Assembly (NCBI GenBank): GCA_963669175.1
Contig: OY769902.1
Span: 1,632,001-1,696,000, forward strand
Length of the DNA stretch: 64,000 bases
Source: a bacterium
GTDB taxonomy: Bacteria; Electryoneota; Electryoneia; Electryoneales; Electryoneaceae
Reading direction: 5' to 3'
Below are positions 48,652 through 60,826 of the stretch, piece by piece. Positions within the stretch are counted from its first letter, which is position 1. Every line of letters starts with the position of its first letter. Below the pieces are notes generated by a model, which ran no database searches, was not told the DNA's origin, and saw nothing but the letters and a program-made list of their open reading frames with translations. The position numbers and the translations under genes were made by a program.

Positions 48652-49317
48652 TTGCGTGTACGTGGACAGTGGTGGTTAGTCTGGCTGGTCATCACGTTTG
48701 CATGTATGTTGCAAGGCTGCGGGGATCGCGACACCCTGGAAGGCTGGACCGTTTTCCCCAAATCTTCTGAGCTGGTTTTTTCCTACCACCGCCTGGGTAA
48801 TACCCTGGGTCGCACCTATGGCCGGAAAGACATGCTCGCTGCATTGGAAGACGCAGCGCGGCATGTGCAGAAGAAGTATCCCGGTACACGTATCGCGTAT
48901 CTCGATGTCAGCCAGCCAAAAGGCGGACGTATGCTGCCGCATTTAAGCCACCGGAAAGGCATTGATATCGACCTGGTTTACTTCGGCACAACACCCAAAG
49001 GCGGCCTGTTTCCCACCAAACCCACCCTGTTCGGGATCAGCTATTTCCTCAGGAACTACAATTGCCAGGGAAAGTGCGGTAAGTTGACATTTGACCGTGC
49101 CCGCAATTGGGAGCTTCTTGTCGGGCTCAGGAACAACAAACATCTTCGGGTGGAAAAGATATTTGTTGAGCCGTACATCCGTGACTGGTTGCTGGAGGAA
49201 GGCCGTCGTCAGGGCGCGTCTGACACGATGATGAACTGGGCGAAAAACACACTGCGTTATGCCGGGAAAAACGCCGCGCCGCACAAAGATCATTTCCATA
49301 TCCGGTTTGTTCAGTAA
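48652..49317 (+). CDS. MepA-like (penicillin-insensitive) murein endopeptidase, LAS family; likely lipoprotein
   Basis: PHLSHRKGIDID and HKDHFH Zn motifs; lipobox LQGC. Confidence 0.8.
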   Translation: MRVRGQWWLVWLVITFACMLQGCGDRDTLEGWTVFPKSSELVFSYHRLGNTLGRTYGRKDMLAALEDAARHVQKKYPGTRIAYLDVSQPKGGRMLPHLSHRKGIDIDLVYFGTTPKGGLFPTKPTLFGISYFLRNYNCQGKCGKLTFDRARNWELLVGLRNNKHLRVEKIFVEPYIRDWLLEEGRRQGASDTMMNWAKNTLRYAGKNAAPHKDHFHIRFVQ

Positions 49318-49332
49318 ACAGCGCCAAAGTTG

Positions 49333-49591
49333 GTTCCGACAGGTCTTGGCATGATGCTGGTTTCACTTCTTTGCTACGATTCAGAGCATTACTCTTCAAC
49401 TTTCATGCAATTCCATATGTAGGTATTCTGTTGGCATCATGGTGTGACCTGACGGTAAAAGAGCGCAGAAACAAGTGGCAGGTCATAGCGCGACAACAGC
49501 TTAGACGCGGATGTAGTTTTGGGCCTGCTTTCTAGTCAAAAAAGAAGCTGGTGGTGAAAAGGGAAAATGTCGCGCCAAGACCTGCCACAAC
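49333..49591. repeat. Repeat family J, copy 2
   Basis: Inverted homologue of 21014-21274. Confidence 0.75.
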
Positions 49592-49841
49592 TTGGGATAT
49601 CCGATTTATACAGTAGACAGCCACACCAGGATTGAAATCCTACACAAAAACGTGACAGACCACTGCGGGGCAGTCCCAGTTTTCGTTCCCATATCAAATG
49701 GGTATTATCCAGCCAGATAATCCCGCAGGCACCGAGCATTTCCCCTCGTTTTTTCATACCTTTTCTTCTCACGGGAAAAATTGTTCTTTCAGTTGCTGAC
49801 TTTTTGATTGCACGAATACTTGTTGCGAGCTCGTGATAAGT

Positions 49842-49919
49842 CGTGTGGCCCGGGCGCTGGCGCCCGGAAAGTTGCAACAGTGCGTACACATAAAACCCGG
49901 GTGCAAGCGCCCGGGCCAC
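49842..49919. repeat. Family F doublet
   Basis: GTGGCCCGGGCGCTGGCGCCCGG and CCCGGGTGCAAGCGCCCGGGCCAC. Confidence 0.7.
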
Positions 49920-50034
49920 TCAGCCACGCAAAGCCGGGCTACGCAGCATTCGTAGTGTCTCACGACAACTGCAAGAACCGTAAGTAACCCGATATACAAA
50001 ACGATTCATACCCCACAGGGGAAGGAACACATTC

Positions 50035-52208
50035 ATGGGTGAAGGACATCTGGATCCGCCGGAACTGAACGAACCTGCAGGTGCGTTGTTTGATGAGTTT
50101 GCCGCGCCGACGTTCGAGGAGTGGAAGGCGGAGGTAGAACGATTGCTCAAGGGCAAGCCGTTCGACAAGAGCATGCTGACTCGTACCCACGAGGGCATCA
50201 CGCTTCAGCCGGTCTATCGCCAGGAAGACCTGGAAGGACTCGAGTTTGTCAAAGCGATGCCGGGGCATGCACCGTTTGTACGTGGCACCACACTCTACCA
50301 CCAGGAAAAAGGCGGTTGGTTGGTAGCACAGGAGCATACCTGCTGTACGGCTGAAGAGTACAACGCTATTCTGCGTCGCAGCCTGTCGCGTGGGCAGTCA
50401 GCGGTAATGTTGCCGTTGGATCGTGCCGGACGTCTCGGCCTCGACCCGGATCACGGCGATGTCAATTCGGTTGGTGTCGATGGTGTATCGATCTGCTCCG
50501 TTGAAGACCTGGGAAAAGCGCTGGATTCGATTGATCTGGCGAAAACCCCGGTGTTTATCCAGAGCGGCGCCAGTGGCATGCCCTTCCTTGGGCTGTATGT
50601 CGCGCTGGCGAAGCGTAATGGCTACAATCCTGCGAAATTGCAGGGCGCAATTGCCATGGACCCGTTGGGCGAGCTGGTTCGCCTCGGCAAGTTGAGCCAG
50701 TCGCTGGATTGGGAGTGGATCAGCATGGCGGAAATGACCCGCTGGGCCACGAAGAACGCGCCCGGACTGGGGACATGCTGGATTCACGGTGAAATCTACC
50801 ATGATGGCGGCGCACATGCGGTGCAGGAACTTGCTTTTGCCATGGCTACGGCCATCCAGTACCTGCGTGAGCTGGAACTGAAGGGCATCGCACCGGAAGT
50901 TGCCGCGTCACACATGCGCTTCAGCTTCGGGCTTGGCACCAACTTCTTCATGGAAGTCGCCAAGTTACGCGCCGCACGTTTGCTGTGGAACCGCATCCTC
51001 GAAGCCAGCGGTGTTGAGGACGAGACCAAGCGTAAGCTGTGGATGCATGGCCGTACCAGCCGTTACACCAAGACCTTCTTTGATCCGTACGTGAACATGC
51101 TTCGCGTGACAACAGAAGCGTTCAGCGGCATCACCGGCGGTGTGGACAGTCTGCATGTCGGCCCGTTTGATGAGGGGCTGCGTGAGACCGATTCATTCAG
51201 CCGTCGCATTGCCCGGAATGTCCAGATCGTTCTCCGTGAAGAAGCGCATCTCGAGCAGATCACCGACCCGGCCGGTGGAAGCTGGTACGTTGAAAAACTG
51301 ACGGACCAGGTCGCGCAGATGGCCTGGGAGCTTGTACAGACCATCGAAGAGCAGGGCGGCATGGTCAAGGCGCTGGAAGCCGGTCAACCGCAGGAAATGA
51401 TCGCACGCACTGTAAGCGAACGAGCCAAGTCGCTGGCCCTGCGCAAGGATGTCCAGATCGGCACCAACAAGTACCCGAACCCGGTTGAGATGCCGTTGGA
51501 AGAACGTCAGAAGATGAACGGCACTTACTACGAGAAACGTGTTCGCCAGATGGAGCAGGTGCGCAGCAGTGAATCGCACAAGCATGAGATGATCGTCTTG
51601 CAGAAGCTTGGCGACCTGCTGGACGCTGAGTTGGAAGAAGTGGCTGAAGCGGTGATCGATGCGGCAGCGCACGGCGCGACAGTCGGTGAAATCGTACGCA
51701 CTCGCACCAGCGACGCCACCAACGGTGTCGAAATTGAACCCATCCCGCAGCGCCGCGCTTCGGAAGCGTTTGAAGCGCTTCGCAAAGCGGTCGAAGAACA
51801 GCGAAACGAGGATGGCGGCTGCAAGGTCTTCATGGCGACGCTGGACCGTATCGGGAAATACATGCCACGCTTTGACTTTGCCGCCTCATTCTTCGAGGTC
51901 GGCGGTTTTGATGTGCTTCGCACAGACGGACATGATACCCCGGAAGCCGCAGCCGATGCGGCCATCGCAGCCAAAGCGCAGGCGGTGGTGATCGTCGGGC
52001 TGGATGACGCTTACGCCGAAGGCGCGGCGACAGTAGCCCGCAAGGTCAAGGAAGCCAACGCCGATGCGCAGGTGATCCTGGCCGGGTTGCCCACGGACGA
52101 GAATTTCCGTGATGAGCTGATCGAAGCAGGGGTTGATTCGTTTGTCCATATCAGGTCGAACATCCTCGAAGAGCTGACCGCGCTTGCGGAAACGATGGGG
52201 GTGGAGCT

Positions 52209-52212
<4 letters not shown>
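50035..52212 (+). CDS. mutA: Methylmalonyl-CoA mutase small (beta) subunit
   Basis: [39 protein letters not shown]; lacks the DxHxxG B12 motif. Confidence 0.9.
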
Positions 52213-54380
<2,168 letters not shown>

Positions 54381-54386
54381 TCCTTT

Positions 54387-54761
54387 TGACTCACAGGATA
54401 ATAGGATAAAAGGATATCAAGGATGAACTGATGTAAAGCAGTAAAAAAAGTAAATAATGTAAAGAAGGCAAAGAAGGAAAGAAGGCAATAATGCTTTAGA
54501 AGGCAACAGCATACCATCATGGGTGCAGGATATCGGTTCTGCACCCTTTTTTTTGACTCACAGGATAACAGGATGCAAAGATATCAAGGAAGAACTGATG
54601 TAAAGCAGTAAAAGAAGTAAATAATGTAAAGAAGGCAAAGAAGGAAAGAAGGCAATAAAGCTTTAGAAGGCAACAGCATACCATCATGGGTGCAGGATTC
54701 CGGTTCTGCACCCTTTTTTTTTTGACTCACAGGATAACAGGATGCAAAGATATCAAGGATG
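54387..54761. repeat. Tandem duplication of a ~167-169-bp unit (two full copies plus a partial third); each full copy ends in an intrinsic terminator
   Basis: TGACTCACAGGATAA starts at 54387, 54554 and 54723; GGGTGCAGGA..TTCTGCACCC followed by T-run, twice. Confidence 0.88.
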
Positions 54762-54938
54762 TGGTTTAATTAAGAATAATGTTGTTGTTTTCTGCAGCCT
54801 TTCACTTTAATTGTAGTTATAGTCGTTCCCGAAAGTCTTTACCGTTTCAGGTTGGTGGCAACAGCTTTCTGATACTGAACATCTTTCTTGTGAAAGGTCC
54901 GATTTTTCCCGATTGCACTCTTTCGAAAATTATTTGTA

Positions 54939-55143
54939 TTAGCAGGCTTTAGCCTGCTCCTCTTAGACCCCCGGCTTTAGCCGGGGGAACAAGGACAACA
55001 ACGGATCGAGCGCCCTTCAGGGTGCTTTCCTGATCCTTTTGATTCGATGACGAAAAGCACGCTAAAGCGCGCTCATAGTTTTTGTTACTTCAATCCACCC
55101 GGCTAAAGCCGGGTGCTAAGCGGAGCCTGCTGAAGCAGGCTAA
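54939..55143. repeat. Family B doublet
   Basis: Same hairpins as 46722-46926. Confidence 0.85.
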
Positions 55144-55259
55144 TCGCTTTCGAATCAGCAATAACTTTCGAGTTCCTATGTTAAACGACAGGCGCATCAA
55201 GTCGTGTTGGAACTGCTATCTTAGCAGTATTCCATTTTTCCAACACAAGGAGAAGCGCC

Positions 55260-56321
55260 ATGTCGAAGAACCAAGTTATTGCAGCGGACCGTTCATTGTC
55301 TATAGGTCTGGATGTTGATTCGCAGACTTCTTTCGCCGTTGTGCTCGACACCCAGACTGGTGAAGTGCTCTTTGAGAATCGGATCAAGCATGACTCAGCC
55401 GCTTGGGAACGCTTCTTTGCCCGTTTTCCCAACTGCCGCATGTGGGCGTGTTATGAAGCGGGCCTCACCGGCTTTGGCCTCTGTCGTTACCTGATCGGCC
55501 AAGGTGTTGACTGCCAGATCGCGCCGCCCAGCCAAGTTCCCAAAGGGGCGCAAGCGAAGCAGCAGAAGACCGATCATCTGGATGCCCTTACCTTGGCCCA
55601 CATGTTCTGGACACCACCTCGTACCTGGGTACATGTCCCCACAGAACAGGAAGAGGCGGATCGTCAGTTGTCTCGCACCCGTGACCAGGTGATGAATGAT
55701 CGCGTTCGGGTCAAAAACCGAATCAAGAGTCTGCTATTGTTTCACGGTTTACAGTCACCGTTTCCGCCGCAACGCTATTGGACAAAGGAATACCGGCGCT
55801 GGTTGCGAACGTGTGATTGTCTGGCCGCGACACGGATAGCCATTGATGTTGCTCTCGATGAGCTGGAGGCCATTGAACAGCAACTCAAGGTGATCACCAA
55901 AGCGATCAAGGCGATGAATGCGTCCGCAACGTATCGGGACCGTACCCAGCGCCTGCGCCAGGTGAAGGGAGTGGGCGAGTTGACCGTGAACGCCTTCGTG
56001 ACCGAGATGTATCGTCCCGAACGCTTCGCATCCGGTAAGCAAGTCGGCGCACATCTTGGCTTGACGCCGTGTGAATGGTCAAGCGCCAACACACGCCATA
56101 TGGGACACATTACCCACTGGGGACCGTCCCATCTACGAAAACTATTGGTCGAAGCTGCGTGGCGTTGGGTGCAAAAAGATCCGTATGCAAAGAAGAAATA
56201 CGATGCGATCCATGCCGGGAAAACACGGAAAGTGGCGATCGTCGCCATGGCACGAAAACTAGCCGTGATACTGTGGGCCATGCTGGTCAAAGAACAAGAC
56301 TACAATCCTGCCTGCGTATAA
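55260..56321 (+). CDS. IS110 family transposase/recombinase
   Basis: DEDD: GLDVD, YEAG, KTDHLDA; GVG; GLTPCEWSS catalytic Ser; AIVAMARKLA. Confidence 0.95.
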   Translation: MSKNQVIAADRSLSIGLDVDSQTSFAVVLDTQTGEVLFENRIKHDSAAWERFFARFPNCRMWACYEAGLTGFGLCRYLIGQGVDCQIAPPSQVPKGAQAKQQKTDHLDALTLAHMFWTPPRTWVHVPTEQEEADRQLSRTRDQVMNDRVRVKNRIKSLLLFHGLQSPFPPQRYWTKEYRRWLRTCDCLAATRIAIDVALDELEAIEQQLKVITKAIKAMNASATYRDRTQRLRQVKGVGELTVNAFVTEMYRPERFASGKQVGAHLGLTPCEWSSANTRHMGHITHWGPSHLRKLLVEAAWRWVQKDPYAKKKYDAIHAGKTRKVAIVAMARKLAVILWAMLVKEQDYNPACV

Positions 56322-56525
56322 CCCCAGCACTGCTGGCAGGTAGGTAAAGCATAGATTGTGATTGAATCGTCCGATGCCATTGGGAACACGCGACCCTGGT
56401 AGTTATTCTGTTGCTTGACAACGATTCGAGTTTAGGGCGCCGCTGTTCCGTGCGAACAAAAAACTTGTGCCACGAGCACGAATAGCAGAACGGCACATGG
56501 GACGATACAAAGGCTCTTTACACCC
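56322..56525 (+). ncRNA. Candidate bridge/seek RNA region of the IS110
   Basis: About 200-nt non-coding tail inside the IS; position inferred from IS110/IS1111 biology; structure not computed. Confidence 0.45.
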
Positions 56526-56595
56526 TTGACTGTTTACATAGCGGAACAACTATATCCTTTATATCCTTCTATCCTATTATCCTGTGAGTCATCTG

Positions 56596-58149
56596 TCAGG
56601 ACCTGCGGGCGTACTTGTTGGTCAACACCGCGATCATCAAGCCCAACGACATGAACCCCGCCACCGTCTCACAGAACACCGCGATCACCCCCGCATTACA
56701 CGCCGGATGAGTTGACCTCACGCCCAGGTTGGTGAAGATGTCAAACGAGATAAAGAAGTACTTCCAGAACCCGAGCAGTGTGTCTGGGAGCCTCTGGCCA
56801 GCCAGGTTGGGATCAACCAGGGTTTGCCCCGGTTCCATAACCAGTTGACTCAGGATGGGAATATGACTCAGGCAATCGACATACCAGTCCGGCATGAAGG
56901 TGAAGGGAGCATTCATAAAAATCCATGCGAACAATAAAATAATTCCAAGTCCCCAAAATGCCACCCGGGTCGCAGAATACCCGCAATTGGTAGTCAGGTT
57001 CCAGAACCAGTAGAATAGTGGTTGTTTCTGTTTGAAGGCCCGAAGAAACTGCTGGTCTTTGATGTAGCGGACAAGATCACCAGCTTCGGTTGTGTCGCAT
57101 TTATCAATGTCAACGCCCGTAAAATTTGTAAAAAACCAACGTTCCTGAAGTAATGGCTTCCACCATTCAATCGGAATCACATGAAATCGTTGCTTACGGG
57201 CTTTGAGCCACAATTTGCCTGAGAAATATATTGGGAAAAAATAGGTGGCTTGATCTGTATAAAGCTCTTGAGCAATCATATCACATCTGTGAACAAATGT
57301 TTGCAACCAGTCTATTTTCTTTAATAGTGAATACCACCAATCTCCCCAGCGTGGCACAAACCAGTTTTTTGCAAAAAGCGTGTTTTCTTGTTTTGAAGAG
57401 ATTTCTTCGTTCTCATTTTTCCGAATCTCACCAATTGTAGTAAAACTACAATTGGTGCGGAATAGAATTGCTTCCCACATCTTCGCTCCCTCGAGGTGCG
57501 CTTCCCTCATATCCGCTCCCTCGAGGTGCGCTTCCCTCATCTTCGCTCCTTCGAGGTTCGTCCAACTCATCTTCGCTCCATCGAGGTGCGCCCTGAACAT
57601 CTTCGCTCCCTCGAGGTGCGCCCTGAACATCTTCGCTCCCTCGAGGTGCGCTTCCCTCATATACGCACCCTCGAGGTGCGCCCACCTCATATCCGCTCCC
57701 TCGAGGTGCGCTTCCCCCATATACGCACCCTCGAGGTGCGCCCCACTCATATACGCTCCCTCGAGGTGTGCCCCACTCATAGAAGCTCCCTCGAGGTGCG
57801 CTTCCCTCATATACGCACCCTCGAGGTGCGCAAAGGGTATAGCTATCTTATCCAGCTTTCTTTTAGTCCAATCAATTCCCTTCAGGTCTAAAACGGGTAC
57901 CAAAAAGCTGTTGCGGTTCCAAGGATATTGATTTGTTCCTTTTGAATGGTCCACATCAAATTCATCACGCCACTTTTTCCCATTCAACAAGCAGTTGACC
58001 TTCCACATCCGTTTGGCGGCTTCTTCGTCGGTCTTAGCAGGTTCGTTTCCCTTGAGAATTCTGGCAATTTGGTCAGGCAGGTGTTCTGTATGCGGTTGTG
58101 TCCAGCGGTCTTGCCATTGTTGGATCTGTTTATCGGTTGGGACTGGCAT
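56596..58149 (-). CDS. Pentapeptide repeat protein with C-terminal 2-TM ion-channel-like domain
   Basis: About 12 AHLEGAxMxx decapeptides; TM helix, YFFISFDIFTNLGV, TM helix. Confidence 0.85.
   Translation of the reverse strand: MPVPTDKQIQQWQDRWTQPHTEHLPDQIARILKGNEPAKTDEEAAKRMWKVNCLLNGKKWRDEFDVDHSKGTNQYPWNRNSFLVPVLDLKGIDWTKRKLDKIAIPFAHLEGAYMREAHLEGASMSGAHLEGAYMSGAHLEGAYMGEAHLEGADMRWAHLEGAYMREAHLEGAKMFRAHLEGAKMFRAHLDGAKMSWTNLEGAKMREAHLEGADMREAHLEGAKMWEAILFRTNCSFTTIGEIRKNENEEISSKQENTLFAKNWFVPRWGDWWYSLLKKIDWLQTFVHRCDMIAQELYTDQATYFFPIYFSGKLWLKARKQRFHVIPIEWWKPLLQERWFFTNFTGVDIDKCDTTEAGDLVRYIKDQQFLRAFKQKQPLFYWFWNLTTNCGYSATRVAFWGLGIILLFAWIFMNAPFTFMPDWYVDCLSHIPILSQLVMEPGQTLVDPNLAGQRLPDTLLGFWKYFFISFDIFTNLGVRSTHPACNAGVIAVFCETVAGFMSLGLMIAVLTNKYARRS
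57481..57830. repeat. Coding 30-bp tandem repeat (about 12 units)
   Basis: CGC(T/A)CCCTCGAGGTGCG recurs every 30 nt. Confidence 0.9.
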
Positions 58150-58358
58150 CGGTGATTTCTCCCCACAGTGGTGGTTGATGGGAGAATATGAAGGGAGAGG
58201 GAATACAAGTCAACGCCGTTTGCGCAATTAAGAATTAAAAGTGAAAAATTAAGAATTGAAAAGAGCACTACATGAAGCTATTGTGTGTGTTCTGAGCAGG
58301 AATGTTTTGAATACCTTCAGGAGTTCGTAAACTTAATTCTTTAGTATTATAGTAGAAG

Positions 58359-58398
58359 AAAAACCGGGACGGACCTTCAGTGGTCAGCCCCGGTTTTT
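58359..58398 (-). terminator. Terminator-like hairpin
   Basis: AAAAACCGGG...CCCGGTTTTT. Confidence 0.6.
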
Positions 58399-58454
58399 GT
58401 TCTATCTTTCTATCCTGCAAATTTTAAAGAATCTTGTTCATCTTGTGAATCCAG

Positions 58455-60404
58455 TCATCGCACCAGCATTACCTTCCTAGTCATACAAGTGGTCTGCTGT
58501 AATCCACCATTCGCCGCAAATCGTACCAGATACGTCCCTGAAGCCAGGGGTTGACCGGACGCATTGCAGCCATTCCACACCGCCAGGTGTTCACCGCTGT
58601 GCTGGGTATCGTTGAACAGGGTCTGCACACGCTGGCCCAGGATGTCATACACCTCGAGTGTCACCTTTGCTGCTTTCGGCAACGTATACGCAATGCGGAC
58701 TGTCTGGTTGAACGGGTTCGGCCAGGTGGATGTAATCTTCCACTCGGTAGGGGTGATATGTTCCACCGGGTCGCTGTTGCCCAGTTCCCAGTGGTCAATG
58801 ACAAAATCCTGGGGACCGTTGCTGGACAGGGTTCCCTGGTAGGGATCCAGCGCGGTTACATTCCATTTCCCGCCGAGGGTGTCATGGGGCAGCCCATCCA
58901 CATAGGCAAGATCAATGGAGTATTGAGAACTGGCGACGGTATCGCGAACAACAACCTGGCCATCGAGGAAAGTCATTTCCACGGCATACCGTATCGGGCT
59001 GTTGTCATTATCTGTCGCATCTTCCCAGTCCAGCCAGACATTGTTTCGATCAACAATGGCGCTGTCCAGGGGTGTCAAAAGGGCAAACGGTTGCGGCGCG
59101 GATGTATCGGGCGGCAGGAAGAAGTGAAACGGTGCGTTGGACGCTTCCGTCTCATACAGGCCGTCGGATGATTTCACTCGCCAGGTAATCTCGCCGCCAT
59201 CCCTGGGAATCTCGTCAAACTCGTAGAAATCGAGAATGAGATTGGTTTCATTTGTGCGCGCCCAGCCGTAAATCGGCGAACCATCGAAGGAAACCTCGAT
59301 ATAATACCAAACCGGCATTCCTTCCGGATCAGTTGATGGTCCCCAACTGAACGGGACATGATCACGCGCCACCGTACTGCCGTTTGTGGGAGTCGCCAGG
59401 ATGAAGTCGCCGGGGGGCAACTCATTGGCAGGGAAACCCTCATTGTCAGTCGTGAGAATGAGGCCGCCTTCACCGGAGATGATGCCATGTCCGTCCGCAG
59501 TAGATACCGATGTCAACCGGCTGTTTGCAGGGCAATCCTGCACTGTCCAGCTTTCGCCATAATCACGCGAGAACAGCACAACTCCGCTGTCGCCAACGGC
59601 ATGGATGACTTCTGTATTAAATGTCCATGAGTCGCTGAACACAGCATCGTTCAGGTTCTGGGTAGTTGGAGTGTGGATGTCATCCCAGGTCTGCCCATCA
59701 TCTTCGGTGATCCAGAGCATGCCGTCATCACCCGCGATCACGTCCACGATGCCGAATGTCTGACCGCCGATCGAATTCAGGCGATATTCTGTTTCAAAGA
59801 CCGTCTGCCAGGTTTCGCCGTCATCTTCCGACTTCAGCAAGGCGCCAAGGGTATCCTCGTATATGATGGTCATATATATGGTAAACAGGAAATCCTTCCG
59901 CAGTCCGGTAGGAACAAGGCCTTCATAGTCCGTGTTAATGGCCGAGACAAGCAGGGAGTCCTGCTGATGAGATATTCCCAGTACAGGATTATCATCCTGA
60001 TCATGCCCGGCAGCTATTATCATCCCCATATTGGAGCATGCGGTTGTGAAGGTATACTCGCCATCCACAAACAGGGGAAGAATCCAATCGTCATCCTGGT
60101 ACAGCAGGTATGTGCTCTCGTCACCGAGGATGAAAGAGGGAGCAACTCCATATTCACCAACAATAGCATACAAGTCGGCATCAGTTCCCAGATTAACGAA
60201 TGACCATTCGCCGCCATCATAATAGTCCGGCCCAACCAGGCACAGACCGTTCTGGCCGACTACAAGAGGACCAAAATCGGTTACGCGAGCAGAGTATAGG
60301 TCGGCAGCGATTTCGAGCTGGGCAGATACCCACCCTTCCTGGGCAGAAACCAGGGAAAAGGCGAAGCAGCAAACAAGGCAGGCAAAGCAGATTTTTCGGT
60401 ACAT
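58455..60404 (-). CDS. Secreted YCF48/BNR-like beta-propeller protein with Ig/Fn3-like repeats and T9SS-like/FlgD CTD
   Basis: Signal peptide; SEDDGETW, TEDDGQTW and SRDYGESW Asp-boxes; WPNPFN..VYDILGQRV..LASGTY. Confidence 0.87.
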   Translation of the reverse strand: MYRKICFACLVCCFAFSLVSAQEGWVSAQLEIAADLYSARVTDFGPLVVGQNGLCLVGPDYYDGGEWSFVNLGTDADLYAIVGEYGVAPSFILGDESTYLLYQDDDWILPLFVDGEYTFTTACSNMGMIIAAGHDQDDNPVLGISHQQDSLLVSAINTDYEGLVPTGLRKDFLFTIYMTIIYEDTLGALLKSEDDGETWQTVFETEYRLNSIGGQTFGIVDVIAGDDGMLWITEDDGQTWDDIHTPTTQNLNDAVFSDSWTFNTEVIHAVGDSGVVLFSRDYGESWTVQDCPANSRLTSVSTADGHGIISGEGGLILTTDNEGFPANELPPGDFILATPTNGSTVARDHVPFSWGPSTDPEGMPVWYYIEVSFDGSPIYGWARTNETNLILDFYEFDEIPRDGGEITWRVKSSDGLYETEASNAPFHFFLPPDTSAPQPFALLTPLDSAIVDRNNVWLDWEDATDNDNSPIRYAVEMTFLDGQVVVRDTVASSQYSIDLAYVDGLPHDTLGGKWNVTALDPYQGTLSSNGPQDFVIDHWELGNSDPVEHITPTEWKITSTWPNPFNQTVRIAYTLPKAAKVTLEVYDILGQRVQTLFNDTQHSGEHLAVWNGCNASGQPLASGTYLVRFAANGGLQQTTCMTRKVMLVR

Positions 60405-60529
60405 CGTGATTCCTCCATAGATAAGAAGTCTGTCATACTCTCCCGCCCACAACTAAACTATCAGCAGAATTTTCCAATTGTCAAGTAACCCGAGAGGAAG
60501 CAACCGGTTAAGAGCATGGAGGACAGGGT

Positions 60530-60558
60530 TTGCCGAAGTGAGAAATTAACCCTATATT
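60530..60558 (+). promoter_or_regulatory. Putative sigma70 promoter of the tRNA (TTGCCG-17 nt-TATATT)
   Basis: Spacing and position about 20 nt upstream of the tRNA. Confidence 0.55.
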
Positions 60559-60579
60559 CGGGATTCAAGCACACGCCAC

Positions 60580-60667
60580 GGAGAGGTGGCCGAGTGGTTG
60601 AAGGCGCTCGCCTCGAAAGCGAGTTTGCGATGACCTCGTAACGTGGGTTCGAATCCCACCCTCTCCG
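60580..60667 (+). tRNA. tRNA-Ser (anticodon CGA)
   Basis: GGAGAGG/CCTCTCC acceptor stem, CTCGC-CT-CGA-AA-GCGAG anticodon arm, long variable arm, GGTTCGAATCC; CCA not directly encoded. Confidence 0.95.
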
Positions 60668-60676
60668 CACCATCTC

Positions 60677-60701
60677 AACGCCCCGGATTCCGGGGCGTTG
60701 G
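60677..60701 (+). terminator. Hairpin after the tRNA
   Basis: CAACGCCCCGG-ATT-CCGGGGCGTTG. Confidence 0.65.
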
Positions 60702-60826
60702 TGTTTCTACACGCCCTGCTACACAGCTTTTCGATCCTGGCCGATTACTCACTTCCGGTCCCTCTTCATTGAAATACGGTTTGCGATAGTTTGGTCTTGC
60801 TAACTTGTGGTTTGTACCTTTCCAGT

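Larger units (their letters stand above)
55173..56543 (+). mobile_element. IS110-family insertion sequence with long 3' non-coding region
   Basis: Transposase plus subterminal IR CTATGTTAAAC / GTTTACATAG; TTGACT near right end; ends inferred from restoring the MITE TIR. Confidence 0.8.
54818..56554. mobile_element. MITE family H, copy 2, with an IS110 inserted in its right TIR
   Basis: TATAGTCGTTCCCGAAAG ... CTTTCGA[IS]GAACAACTATA; inverted homology to 31129-31905. Confidence 0.75.

Noticed and set aside
49590-50034. Cobalamin riboswitch upstream of the mutase operon
   Set aside because: Could not find the B12-box or the conserved GGGAA / GCCCCCGC.ACTG motifs; the hairpins there belong to repeat families E and F.
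57481-57830. CRISPR-like 30-nt periodic repeat
   Set aside because: In-frame coding repeat of a pentapeptide protein.
60580-60667. tRNA-Sec, or a tRNA-anchored integrated element
   Set aside because: Anticodon is CGA with a 7-bp acceptor stem; no integrase or duplicated tRNA 3' end was seen in the window.
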